From Azolla caroliniana (lineage: Eukaryota > Plantae > Polypodiophyta), in the NCBI GenBank assembly GCA_043228905.1, contig JBHGNT010000001.1, forward strand, positions 11,160,001 through 11,224,000: 64,000 nt of DNA. The letters are read 5' to 3'. The translations under genes and the position numbers were made by a program. Positions 12,104 through 25,000 of the stretch are shown here, one piece after another (positions within the stretch are counted from its first letter, which is position 1; each line of letters starts with the position of its first letter). The notes beneath the pieces were generated by a model, which was given only the letters and a program-made list of their open reading frames with translations, had not been told where the DNA came from and did no database searches.

Positions 12104-13488
12104 TGTAAAGAATCAAGAGATGGATTTTGTACAGCGGAATAGATATGAACTATGTGTGTATATGAGAGAGAGTGAGAGAGTGAGAGAGACAAGGAGTAAG
12201 ACACAAAGAATACACAAGGTAAAGTATATTAACAAAGGAGAAAGACTCAACATTATACAAGGTGGGAGGAGGGTGCTTTATATAGTCACCCTCTCTCTTC
12301 ATTAACTACAAGACTCATAATGCTAGAATACAAAGTGGTGAGATAATGGTGACTCTTGACCGTTTGAGTGTCTATTCACTCTCAAGCTGAGTTCACACAC
12401 TAGACCAAGTTGAACTTGATTCTCAACACGCCCCCTTAAGCTCAAGTTGGGTCGGTTTCAGACGGTATCCGAAATCCGCTTCGACTCGCGTTCCGGAGTC
12501 CGCGTTGACTCGCATTTATGCAGAGTTGCGGAATCCGTGCTCCACCTTGCGTTGTGTGTAGTTGCGAAGTCTGTGCTTTGGCTTGTGTCTTTCTTCGCGG
12601 CTTTGCGCGGTAGATGGGTTCTTCGTGGCTTCGTTGTGCAGTTGCGGAATCCACGTGTTATTTCGTAGTGTCTTCAGTACTCTCCCTCAAGCTTGGCAGG
12701 TCAAGGATCGTCAATCCGAGATCGGTCATGAATTGCCTCAACTTGTCGGCTCTTAAGGCTTTAGTGAAGATGTCGGCCATTTGAAGATTTGTGCTAATGT
12801 GTTGTAGGTTGACATCGCCAGCTAGAACGCACTCTCGGATGAAGTGATAATGCACTTCGATGTGCTTTGTCCGTGCGTGGAACACCGGGTTCCGAGCCAG
12901 ATAGATACTGCTCATGTTGACGCAGTAAAGGGAAGTCAGATCCTTGATGGGTATGCCTAGATCCTTGAGTATTCTTTTGAGCCATACGGCTTCACATGCG
13001 GCCACTGTCGCGCCCCTGTATTCCGCCTCTATGCTTGAAAGAGCGACTGTTGGTTGCTTTTTGCTGCTCTAGGATATTGCTCCGCTGCCGAGGGAAAAAA
13101 CAAATCCGGAGGTTGATCTTCTATCGGCTTGTAGCCGGCCCAATCGACATCTGTGTACCCCTCGTGTCGTATTGGCATCGCAGTCTTGTAGAGGATGCCA
13201 TAATCCATTGTGCCACTCACGTACCGTAGAACTCACTTAGCGCAATCCAAGTGAGTATCACACAATGTTTGCATGAATTGACTAAGGAGACCAACCAGAT
13301 AACTGAGATCGGGTCGAGGGATCGTGAGGTAGATGAGACTCCCGATGAGTTGCCGATACTGAGTCGGCTCACACGCTTTGGTGCCAGAATTCACATCTAG
13401 TTTGAGATTGTGATCGAGCGGGGTTGCCGCGAATTTGCACTCAGCCATTCCGAACTTGTATAACAAGTTGAGGATGTAGTGCCGTTGA
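12104..13488 (-). mobile_element. Ty1/Copia 3' portion: RT-RNaseH remnants, PPT and 3' LTR (12104-12428)
   Basis: RH ARTKHIEVHYHFIRE...ADIFTKAL and RT YRQLIGSLIYLT. PPT AAGGGGGCG precedes TGTTGAG...TTTACA. Confidence 0.9.
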
Positions 13489-14328
13489 CCGAACCGAATC
13501 GTGATGCGGACTGGGCCAGACCAAACGGATGCAAATCAGACGGATCGGTCAGGTTGGTTGATCGCGGTGTCATGAAGAATTTCGGCCAGAGGCAGAAACC
13601 GGGAAACATTGGCTACATCGGCGGGGTGCAGCATGTGTGCTTACCCTTGTACATTTAGTGTGAATAACGAGGGCGCCTTTATGACGCCGAAGAGTAGTCA
13701 AGTCGGGACAGACGATCCCATGTAAGTCGGGATTTATCCCACATTGTAACGCATCCCTCTCCTTGTTCTATAAAAGGAAGGGAGCGCCCTTTGTGAAAGG
13801 TTTGCCCGTTTTGTGTTAGAGGGTATACCGTTAGGTTTAGAGTTAGTTTTTTTTCTTCTTCTTCTTGGCGGGGAAGTCGACCGTTGAGGGTTGTCTCTGC
13901 TAGGTCTCATGTGCAAGACCCCGCTCCGCGTGACGAGCCCGAGAGCTCCCCGGACGGCGGCTTGGCAACATACTACTGTTGTAACCTACCCTACCATGGT
14001 CCGGCTCGAAGCCGGGGTTGCATTCTTTCCCTTCTAATACTTACATTTGCGTCTGTTTGTGCATATTCGTGTCTCTGTTGGTGTCGGGCGCTTCCCCTTT
14101 CCTGCGTTTCCTGTACATAAGGGCGTGAGTCAGGTCGGCCTGTGTGTGTGCGTGAGTCGGTGTCAAGCGCGCGCTCCCTCTCTTTCTCTCTCCCTTCGGT
14201 TGCTTCCGGTGTGCTTTTGGGATGCCCTGGAAACGGTGAAGTACGACCTCCTACGCTCTGTCACTCCCTAGTCCAAGACCCCCGTGGTCCTGCCTTTCTC
14301 CACGCACGCGCGTAACAACGCAACAACG
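13489..14328 (+). mobile_element. 5'-truncated LTR related to the 22067-29099 Gypsy LTR
   Basis: 3' end caagacccccgtggtcc...ctccacgcacgcgcgtaacaacgcaaca matches the end of LTR 22067-22719. TATAAAA at about 13770. Confidence 0.75.
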
Positions 14329-14927
14329 GTGCATGGTGTCTTAAAGATATTTGGTCTGAAAACCTAATAGTATTTTGTGCATAAAAGAAAAAGATATAAC
14401 CAAGACTCGAACTTTGCACCTCCAAGATAGGAGGCAATAGACTTACCACTAAGCTATGTCATTTCCTTAGAAATGATTTTCCTATCATTATAGTTTTTAC
14501 ATGTAAATCCTCATATTAGAGCTTGATTGACATGTGATGCATGAGTGCCAAATGGCAAACATGCATCACATGCATTGTATGCATGTCTTGTACCCTCACA
14601 TGCATCATATGCATGGGAGCATCTATAAAATGGTGGATGAAAAATATCAAAGGGGGGCTTTTGGTACTTTATATCAAAATTAATATTAAGAAGAAAATTT
14701 GTTATCCAATTGATGTATTAATCTTGTTCTTCAAATCTAAAGTCAAGTGTTCAATCTTAATCTCTCTCAATCTAAAGTCAAGCGTTCTATCTTATCTCAA
14801 TCTCTCTCTCTTTCAGTCTATCTTAATTCCTTTCTCGTTAAAGCTAGTGCAAACTTCGAGTCCTTCCGGTCCAGAACCTTGGCGGTTCCGCCTCACGATC
14901 CGCACATAGTGACGGATCTTCACGACA
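14329..14927 (+). mobile_element. 5'-truncated LTR of a second family, containing a tRNA-like cassette
   Basis: Ends tcttcacgaCA, the inverse of tgtcgtgaaga that opens the homologous LTR at 63539. Segment 14400-14630 aligns with 63735-63990. Confidence 0.7.
14390..14465 (-). ncRNA. tRNA-like Pol III (A-box/B-box) unit embedded in an LTR
   Basis: A-box TAGCTTAGTGG and B-box GTTCGAGTC start 44 nt apart. Stem cctcc/ggagg lies between them and a TTTTT tract follows. Not a canonical tRNA because the acceptor stem is weak. Confidence 0.5.
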
Positions 14928-17560
14928 GCATCCAACTTCCTCTGTTTTGCCTTCAACACATGCACATACGCGATGCTACCGAAAACCCTTAAGTGTGCCA
15001 AGTTTGGCTTCTTGCCGAAGTACAGCTCATGTGGTGACACTCCTCCATTGGCAGAAGTCTGATTCTGCAAATAAATAGTCATCCTTACAGCTTCAGCCCA
15101 ATAGAACTTCGGTAGATGCTTCTCTTCAAGCATCGCCTTTGCCGCCTCTTCGATTGTCTGATTCTTCCACTTGGCCACATTGTTCTGTTGTGGCGTGTAT
15201 CTACACGAGAATTCGCGTCGAATTCCCTCCTTCTGTAGATAACTTGCGAATTGGTTAGAGAAGTACTCCTTCCCGCCATCGGACCGTAGACACTTGATCT
15301 TACGCCCCGTTTCCCTTTCCGCAAGGCTCTTTACCTTCAGGAAACACGTGAAGACTTCTCTCTTTTACGTGATCAAGCACGCCCAAGTGTGCTGAGAGAA
15401 GTCATCGATGAAAGTCACAAAATATCAGCTTCCCCCGAGACTCACGTTCTGTGTTGGTTCCCATACATCCGAATGGATCACATCGAGTGTATTTCAACTT
15501 CGGTTACGCTCATTGGGGAATGGAAGTCGGTGATGCTTTCCCAACTGGCAGGCTTCGCAGACTTGGCCCTTTCGGCAAGCCGAAAACGATGTTTTTCGTC
15601 TACATTTCTCGAAGCTTCGGGAAGTTGACGTGGTCGATATGTCGATATCTGATTCGACCTTTCATCATTTCGCGAACATAGCAGTGCCTACGTCGTTGGT
15701 CTCGAGGGTAAACATCCTCCCTTCATGGTGCCCTTGCACGATTATCTTGCCTTCCTCTTCTATGAAGCACCCAAGATGTGTGAATTGAACTTGCATCCCC
15801 TGGTCAACGATCTGGCCGACCGACACTAAGTTCTTGGTTATTGTCGAGACGTATAACATGTTCATGAGCTTCCCTTTTTGTCGAACGTGACCGAGGGGAA
15901 CTTCACTGAGATATTCGATGGTATGCGGAGTGTTGTCTCCAGTTTCGACCACTCCTTGTTTTTCCGGTCTCTCCGTTATGAGAACCATTCCTCATGACTT
16001 GTCATATGATTTGACGCTCTGGAGTCCACATACCTCACCTCGTTTGCTCTAGAGGTGTTCACGGCCATCGAATTAGCCTTGTGCTTCATTACGAAGGTCG
16101 GGCCCGATCCATTTCCAGCTCGTTCGGAGCCTTCAGCATAGTACGACCTTTGATGCCTCTCTACCTCTCTTCGGCTCGATCCAGCTTTGTCGGAATCGGC
16201 TCGTTTCTTCCAACACTCGCTCTCTCTGTGGCCTTTCTTGCCACAGTACCAAAAATCCGTCACAACCTTCTCTTGCCGGTTTCTGGTGCCGCCATGACTC
16301 CCCCTGCTTCCGGAGGGTTCAGAACTGCTTCCAGCATTTTGATTATGCTGCACGTTCTGCTCTTTTCGGTCGCCTCCATTGCGCACCGACCCGCCACAAC
16401 CACGGGGCCTATCTTCCTCTGTGTACAACATTTTGATGTCGGCGTGCGTACTCATCGATGCACCCGCGTGATTTTCCTCTATGAGCAACATTGATTGAAG
16501 CTTGAAGAACCATGGCGTATTCTCCCTGGTGCAGACCTCTGTTCGAAAAGCTCCGAACTTGGATGCTAGCCCTCTAAGGCACACCTGCACCATTTCATAT
16601 TCCTCGATGTTCACGTTCACGGAGGCGAGAAAATCACAAATTTCCTTAATTCGAGCCGTGTAATTGGCCATAGACAGATCTTTCTGTCGGACATTCTTGA
16701 GCTCATGTCTGAGCTGCAGCTTCCTGGCCGTTATGCTCGCAGTGAAAATCCTCTTGAGATTCGCCCACACGTCGTTTGGCGTCTTCGCATCCCAAATGTA
16801 GCTCAAGAGCTGGTCGCTCACATAGGACGCAAGGCAGTATAGTACTCTGCTTGCCACCTGTTCCCAGGTCAGGAAGTCTCTATGTGTCGATTCAAGTGTT
16901 GTGTCGTTAGCTCCATCGACATAACTCCAGTAGTCGTGCCCAAGCAAGTACTGGTGCATCTTGTATGACCAAGATGCATAGTTGCTTCTGTCCAGCTTCT
17001 TCGTAGGAAGTGAGCTACCCATCCCTCTATCCATTCTTATTTCTTTTCAGTTCTTCACGGTGATGTTTGTCTGTTTGTCGGCCGTAGAGGATTTCAACCC
17101 TCGCGCTTTGATACCATGTAAAAGAATAGCATGTGTAGAAGCGTAACAGACACAACCGTGTAACACAGATGACGAAAAGAAGGTTTAATGGAAAGCTTTG
17201 AACACGACACAACGTATGAAGGAGAGACAGAGAATGAGAGAGAGAGTAAGCAGAACACACAAAAACTTAGATTCAAAAATAACTCTCAGTCACTCTATAC
17301 AAGATGCACTCAATCGACGCTTTTTATAAAAGTCCTTATGGACAGACAAAAGTATTGTCAGAGTATTGACACATACTTCAATGCTCATTAATGAGCCTCC
17401 TACAGTAACTCCCAAAATTATTCCTTACGAGGAATAATGCTCTAACGGCCTCTCGGCTGACGCACCGCTATGGCCTTTGTGTGTACGATTTTACGCACCC
17501 AGTCTACGCATTGGGTTACACACCCGTTTACGCACCCAATGTTGAGCTTGTATTTCAACA
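14928..17560 (-). mobile_element. Ty1/Copia 5' portion: 5' LTR (17117-17560), tRNA-iMet PBS, gag-PR-INT
   Basis: PBS TGGTATCAAAGC at about 17106-17116. Gag ORF 15976-17034 with zinc knuckle WYCGKKGHRESEC and protease-like YVDSRASNHM. Integrase KFYWAEAV...LRVFGS. Confidence 0.9.
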
Positions 17561-19181
17561 CCAGCCTCTACAACAACCATGTACTCTGCCTCTATGGTCA
17601 ACTACACTATAGTCTTCTACAGTCTTGACTACCACGACATTGGTCCCCCTACATAGGTCATCACATAACTTGATGTAAATAAGCTTGAGTCTACATCCCC
17701 CGACATGTCTGAATAAATAAAACCTTCGAGCATAGGTTTTTTGAAACCATACCTAAGGCATACCCTTAAGGTTCCTTTCAAGTACATGAGTATCCAATTT
17801 ACTACTACCCAATGTTCTCTTCCTCGATTACTCATATATCGACTTACTATTCGACCACAAATGCTATGTATGGTCTCATACAGACCATAACATACATCAA
17901 ACTGCTAACGACTGAGGCATATAGCACTTTCCTCATATCAGCCTTGTCCTTCTCACTTTTCAGACTTTGCCTAGCATTCAACTTACAATTTGTTGGCAAT
18001 GTAGACCTGACTAGGTTTGCTTCCGACATGTTGAATCTTTTCAACACCTTTGTCACATAATTCTCTTGTGACAACCATAGCACATTCTTAGTTCAATCTC
18101 GAACTATGTGCATCCCCAAGATTTGTTTGGCAAATCCAATATCTTTCATGGCAAACAACTTGCCTAGGGCTCCCTTCAAGCTCGTAATCTTCTAAATATC
18201 GTGACCAACCACTAACATGTCACCCACATATAGTAAGAGAATCAAGAAGTCGCCTTCATTGTACCTTTTGACGAACACACAGTGATCAACTTGTGTTTTA
18301 TGGAATACATGTTCCAGCATGACGGATTTGAACTTCTTGTACCATTGGCATGGAGCTTGTTTCAGACCATACAAGCTTTTCCTTAGTTGACACACCAGAT
18401 TCTCTTTTCCTTTCTCCACAAAGACTTCGGGCTGCTACATATAGATCTCTTCGTCTTATTCCGCATGCAAGAATGTTGTCTTGATATCCAATTGCTCTAT
18501 CTCCATATTCATACTGGCAGCAATGCCTAACATTGTCTGAATGGATGTCATCTTTATGATTGGTGCGAAGATCTCATCAAAATCGATCCCTTTCTTCTGT
18601 TGAAATCCCTTTACTACTATTCAGGCCTTATATCTGGGTGTCTTCTCATTGTCGGCTCAAGTTCGGATGTGTCTGCCGACTCTTCACACGACTCGCATTC
18701 ATACATGTCTATCGGTTGCCGAAGGTCAATCGACTCCAATTAGTATGTTTCAATCGACTTCTATAATTTTGTTGACTCCGACTCATATGTATTAGTCGGT
18801 TGCTCTAAGTCGACCATCTCGGATTCGGCCATTCCGACTAGAGCTGCCTCCTCGCAGTCGATAGTGTATGGTCAACTGGTCTTGAGTCTATAATAGTGGT
18901 AGTCGACTGGGAAGCCGGTTCTGACTTCTATTGTTTCCAGTCCTCGATCTTCTTGTCTTCCAAGAACACGATGTCTCGACTCCTCACCACCTTCTTGTCA
19001 AGTAAGTCCCACAACCTGTAACCGAATTCATCTTCCAAGTACCTTAGGAATATGCATGGTTTCGACTTGTTGTCAAGCTTCGACCTCTGATCCTTTGCTA
19101 TATGCATATATGCCAGACATCCGAACACCTTCAAGTGTTGATTGGAGACATCTTTACCTACCCACGCCCTTTGTGGGACAA

Positions 19182-20078
19182 TGTTGAGCGGCAAGCTCAA
19201 TTGGAGCCGGATCGACTGGATAAGCCTGAGCCGGTGAGCGAGACGGATCGGTGAGCTGGGGAGCCGGTTAGCCGGATCCATCAGTAACCGGAAGCCTAGT
19301 AGCAGCTAGACTACTAGGGAGTTGTTACTCTCGTAGTTAGTGTCAGGCGCTCGAGTGAGCATTGAAGTACACTGTACTTCTGTCAGTCTGTATGGACCTG
19401 TATAAAATTGGTTGTGGAACACATACGATGTACAGAGCGTTGATATAATTTTTTAATAGAGATTCTTGTTCTCTCTCTCTCTGTCTCTCCCGCGTACTGT
19501 TAAGCTCTCCATTAAACCTGTTCTCTGTTTTCTGTTTTCTATTGCTTCCGCACGCTATTTGTTTTTACATGGTATTAGAGCACGAGGGTTGAGAACCTCT
19601 ACAGCCGACATAGCTTGAAAGGAAAACTTTCGTAAAGAACAGGGAAAGCAAAATGGATAGAGGAATGGCTAGCTCGCTCCCAGTGGAGAAGCTTGATAGA
19701 ACCAACTACACATCTTGGTCTTACAAGATGCACCAGTACCTGCTTGGGCATGGGTACTGGAGCTATGTCGACGGAGCTAACGACACAGCACCTGATGCGG
19801 CACACAAGGACTTTCCGGTGTGGGAACAATCGGCAAGCAGAGTGATGTACTACTTTGCGTCCAATGTTGGAGACTAACTGTTGAGCCACGTCCGAGATAT
19901 CGGGACGCCGAAAGAGGCTTGGGGAAACCGGAAGAAGGTTTTCGCCGCAAGCACCACAGGTAGGAAGCTGCAACTCCGACAGGAGTTGAGCAATGTCCGA
20001 CAGAAGGACATGTCAGTGGCTGATTACACGACCTGAATCAAAGAGATCTGTGACTCACTTGCCTCTATCAACGTCACT
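19182..20078 (+). mobile_element. Truncated Copia: LTR 19182-19569, PBS and gag start (same family as 14928-17560 and 59050-63538)
   Basis: TGTTGAG...TTTTACA followed by TGGTATTAGAGC. Gag begins MDRGMASSLPVEKLDRTNY. Confidence 0.85.
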
Positions 20079-20079
20079 G

Positions 20080-20460
20080 ACAAATAGGAAATGACACCAA
20101 ATGAGAAAGACAAATAGGAAATGACACTAAATGAGAGGGGAAAAAACTATATTCATTACATGCCCCATAAGGGGTTTATATAATACAAAATGTAACGGTA
20201 AATAATAACCGTTACAAAAGAGAAGACCGTTACAAATGAGCAAGAGAGAAAGACAAATAGGAAATGACACCAAATGAGAGGGGAAAAAACTATATTCATT
20301 ACATGCCCCATAAGGGGTTTATATAATACAAAATGTAACGGCAAATAATAACCGTTACAAAAGAGACGATCGTTACACTCTTGTCACATGCACATAATTG
20401 TGAATGTGCTCACACATACTCATCCTCACACATTCATATACATATTACACATACCGAACA
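20080..20460 (-). repeat. Probable LTR fragment with a tandem duplication of about 140 bp and an internal palindrome
   Basis: caaataggaaatgacac...accgttaca is repeated, with inverted repeat tgtaacgg/ccgttaca. Begins TGTTCGG on the - strand at 20460. Confidence 0.55.
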
Positions 20461-22066
20461 ACCCCTTCAACGTGTTTTACCCTTATGCCGCCCCGTACAA
20501 CTCCTACGGGTAACACTCTGCAAGCCCATTCAACTTAGGGGTCTTTGGCACTATATATTTGAGTCGAATACCTTGGGACTTGCAATACTCTTCGAACTAT
20601 CCTCTATACTCACCACCATTGTCGGTTCAGACAACCTTCAACTTTCGACCTGACTCTCTTTCAGCTTTGGCCTATAACTCTTTGAAGAACGACAATACTT
20701 GATCCTTCGACTTTAGTATGAAAGCCCACAACTTTCGATTGTAGTCATTAATGAATATTACGAAGTACTATCCACCACGATGCGATGGGGCATGCACGTA
20801 GTACATGTCTGTGTGTACCAATTCCAGTGCAACTTCTCTTCTCTTTGGTGGTCTTGAGTGGAATGCAACTCTATTTTGCTTTCCAACCAGGCAGTCGACA
20901 CATCTCTCCAAGTGCACTCCTTTTACTTCTGGAAGAAGTTTCTAGTCGACTAGGATATGCATGCCTCTCTCGCTCATGTGGCCAAGCCTCTTGTGCCATA
21001 TCTCTCCACTCGAGTCGGTTGCCACGTTTGCTTCATCCTTGCACAGCTTGGCATGCATCACATACTACGTGCCATGTTTTTGTGCTCGAGTCACTATGAG
21101 ACTTCCCTTGCAAAACTTCCACGTACCATATTGAAAACTACCATTGTAACCTTCATCGTGCAATCTCCCAATCGATATCATATTCAGCCTGATATCAGGC
21201 ACATATCGAACATCCCTTAGGATCAATCTACAACCAGTCGATGTTGTTAGGCATACACTTCCAATGTCGGCTATCTTGCATGCTCCATTATCTCCCATCT
21301 TTACACAGTCATAGTCACCGGTTATGTAAGACAAGAAACACTCTCTCGAGGGAGTTATATGGAACGATGCACCGGAGACAATCACCCACGTGCACTCTTC
21401 ATTTGCAAGATTTGCATTCGCTTGCTCGCAAATGAACATAAGCTCTTCTTCATGTGTATTCAGGACTGAAGTGCCCTTTTCCTCAGAAATCTTTTTGGGT
21501 TCGACATCGTTTGAAGCCCCTTTGTCTCTCTTAAGGTGTCCACGGTCCTTTTGGAAGTGTCCAGGTTTTCCACAATAAAAACATGTGAGTTTTCCTCTGG
21601 ACTTGGATATGGCTTGAGACTTGTCTCTCCTCTATGGACTTCTTTGCTTGCTTCTTCCTCTGCCCGAATGTTGTGACACATTTGCCTCCGATTGGGACAT
21701 GACACCCTTGTCCTTCCTTCTTGTCTCCTCGTTTAGGATACTTGTCTTTACCACTTGTAGAGACAGGTTCTCTTCTTGGCACGAGGTACTAAGAGAGACC
21801 ACTAGGTTCTTCCAACTGTCCAGTCGGCGATAGGGTACATAGTAGTAACAAAGCTTGCATAGCATCATCTAATAGAAACTTTGTTGCTACAAGTTGATTC
21901 ACCAACCCCATGAAGGTGTTAATGTGTACCACAATGCCTTCTCCATCTATTTAATTCAATCTCATGATCTTTCTCATTAGAGAAGTTTTGTTGAGGGCCT
22001 TATTCCTCTCGTACAACCCTGACAGTTTGTGCCATATTTTGTAGGCGTTTATGTCATTAACCACGT

Positions 22067-25000
22067 TGTCGTAAAGAAAACCGTCCTTTAGAGCAATCGA
22101 TGCATATCGCGCGTGAACCGGCTCTTCACGCGTGCGTGCCCCCTTAATGTATATAATAGAGAATTAGGTACATAGGTATATCCTGGGAAGTTAGATTCGG
22201 TAGGTGGGAAGTAAATGAGGGAGACGACTCCCTTCTTTAAGCTATAAAAGAGAGGGAGACGCGGGGAGAAGGGGATCGCGCATTAAGGAGGACGAAGTGT
22301 TGTCGGACCGTAACCGAACGCTTCTCCTCTGTTTGTTCTCTATTGCTCTTCTTTGCAGATTTTCGGGAGGCTCGCGCTGCTTCGAGGAACGCCTGTGTGC
22401 TTCCGGCAACACCTCCATCCTATCTCCTTTCGTGCGCAGACGAACAGGCATTGACATCTGTTCGACGGCCTGTTCGGTTGTAACCGCTCACGTGCTCTGT
22501 TGTTTATTTTGTTATTCGTTAATATACAAACATTCGTGTCTCTCTGTCTCTGTGTCCTTTCGTGTCTTCTGCGTTGACGGGTCGTGCCCCCTGTGTTCCT
22601 TTGCTCACACGCAACTGGGCGTCTCTCTCTTTCTCTTTCCCCTTCTATCACCTGCTTTTCGGTTCAAGACCCCGGTGGTCCCGCCTCGTTTCTCCACGCA
22701 CGCGCGTAGTAACGCGACATCTTTGGTGAACCCGACGTGAACAAGGCGGCAGAGGAGCAGAAGATGAGGGGGTCGGATCTTGCAGCGGCCGTGGCTTCGG
22801 CCGTGGACCGGATAGTGAGCGCACGCGAGGGCACCGGCGCCCTTGACAGGGCTATTGAGGCGATCGTCGGTACAATCGGCCGGTTCAGTGGAAAGGATGC
22901 CACGAGTTATTTGGCGTCCTACCGGGCGGAGATGCTGATGAGGGATATTCCGGAAGAGAGGCGTCTTGCCGGATTCCCTCGAGTGGCGATGCCGAGCATC
23001 CATGCAGAGGTGCTCGAAGTCCGGGCAGAGAGCCGGACCTGGGAGGAGTTCGAAGGACGGCTCCTGGAGAAATACGAGTTGGATGACGCACTTCGACTTT
23101 CAAAGCGGGGCTTCATGGAGTGGGTGGAGTCCCCCAACAAAGGAAGAAATGCGTCGGTACTCCTCCGGGAGTTTGAGGAACGCTTTGCGCGCCTTTCGGC
23201 GCTCGATCGGACCGTTCTGGACACAAGTCGTGTCCTACTGTTTGTCAAATCGGTTGACGCACGGGATCAGGAGCAAGTGGGCTCCTTACTGGAAACCGAA
23301 AACGGGCTGACGGCCGACTGGGCCGCGGTAAAAAGAGTCTGCAGCCGTTTTGACAAACAGTGGGAGTGGGTTGATACAGGGGCGACCGGGGCGGGTCCTG
23401 TCGCACCAAGGAAGCTCGAACCAATACCGCAGGCGCGAAGGGAAGAGACCCGGGAGTGGCCCGAAACCGGTTCGGCTTCGACCGGCGTGGTCAGAGGCTC
23501 GTCCGGGGGAACAACTTTGGAGGAGTTGACACGGGCGGTAAAGGATCTCTAGATCGCCTAGGCTCGGAGGGAAGGCGGCGATCAGGCTCGTGACCGACGA
23601 CCTCCGGCAGGAAATAGGTGCATGTGGTGCGACGAGGTCGGCCACATCCGGAAAGACTGCGGGGACTTTACGGAGGCTTTGAGAAGCCGGGTAGTGTACC
23701 TGTGGGAAGGTCGGGTGCACGCCAGCGATACCCGGAGGGCCCTGAACCAAAACGACGGGTGAGGAGGAATGAAAAGGCTGATGGAAGAGGCGGCGGCCCG
23801 GCACGCGGAGACCGTCCACTACTCAGCGTCAACCGGTATTCGGGTCGGAGGCAACGAGGCCTGGAAGGAGAGCAAAGCTGGGTTCTGGCCGACGGTGCTG
23901 GAAGGCCTCGCCGGTGCCCGACTAAAGAGAGACGAGGCGAACCGCGCGGAGAAGCGGGTCCAGGAGGTAACCGGGTGGAGTGACCCGGTCGAAGAAAAGA
24001 CGGGTTTCGTCAAAGCAGCTTGCCAGAACTACGAGGCTCTGGTTGAAGACAAACGGGTAGGTAAAACCGGAGGGGCCGGACCCTCACAGAGATACGAAAC
24101 CCGATTCGGGCCGAAACGGAACGAGGCCGGTGAGTCCAGTGCCCGGGATAACCACAAGAAGGGCGGTTACCATTTGGGCACGGAGATCGAAAGGACCACG
24201 GACCTACGAAAGGTCCTCGAAGAACGGATCCTCGACAACAAGGTGGAACTGTCGTTGCGGGAGGTGCTCGGAATCGCCAAGAAGGAGTTCCATGACTCCA
24301 TCGTGGACTTGGTGAAGAGGAAGAGGTTGTCGACGGAGACAGAACCGGAAAGGCCGGTGGAGGTGCGGACGGCGCACATAAAGGACATGGCACTGGAAGA
24401 CGAGTGGGCGGAGAGCCACTATTCGAGGCCACACTGGGCCCGAGCGACCACGGAAACCCCGGTGAAGATCAGAGATGTTTAGGAACCGGTGGTGGCGTTG
24501 GTGGACCACGGTTCGGAAATAAACCTGATGTCCATGGACTTCTACAAGAAGGGGAAATGGCCGATCAACACTAAGCACGGGTGGAAGATATGCGCGGCGA
24601 CGCGCACCACTGATACACTACACGGGGCCTGCCCAAACGTGCGAGTCAAGATCGGCGACGTCGAGATAGACCAACACTTCTTTGTGCAGGAGACATCCTC
24701 GCACCCGGTCATACTGGGAGAATCGTACATTACGACAACGCGAATGGAGACCAAGGTGCTGGACAACGGGTCGGCTTACGCGAGGGTCAAGAGTCAGGAC
24801 GGGCGTCATTCGGTCCAGTTCCTGACGGTGCGACCGAACCACGAGCGAAACCGCGAGTCCCTCGGTGGCGAGAACCGAGAGGATTTTTAGAGAGGGCTGT
24901 CAAGGCGTGGGGCCGCGACAGTCCGGACACTCCGGGAAAACCCCACAAATGTACGATAGAGGCGAAACCGAAGAAACCTTGTACCATAAGTAGGAAGTTT

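Noticed and set aside
14390-14465. A functional tRNA gene
   Set aside because: The acceptor stem and anticodon loop are non-canonical, so it is reported only as a tRNA-like cassette.
22242-22740. ORFs of 70-200 aa inside the Gypsy LTRs (also 28622-29273)
   Set aside because: They lie in LTR sequence, have no domain motifs, and are duplicated only because the LTRs are.
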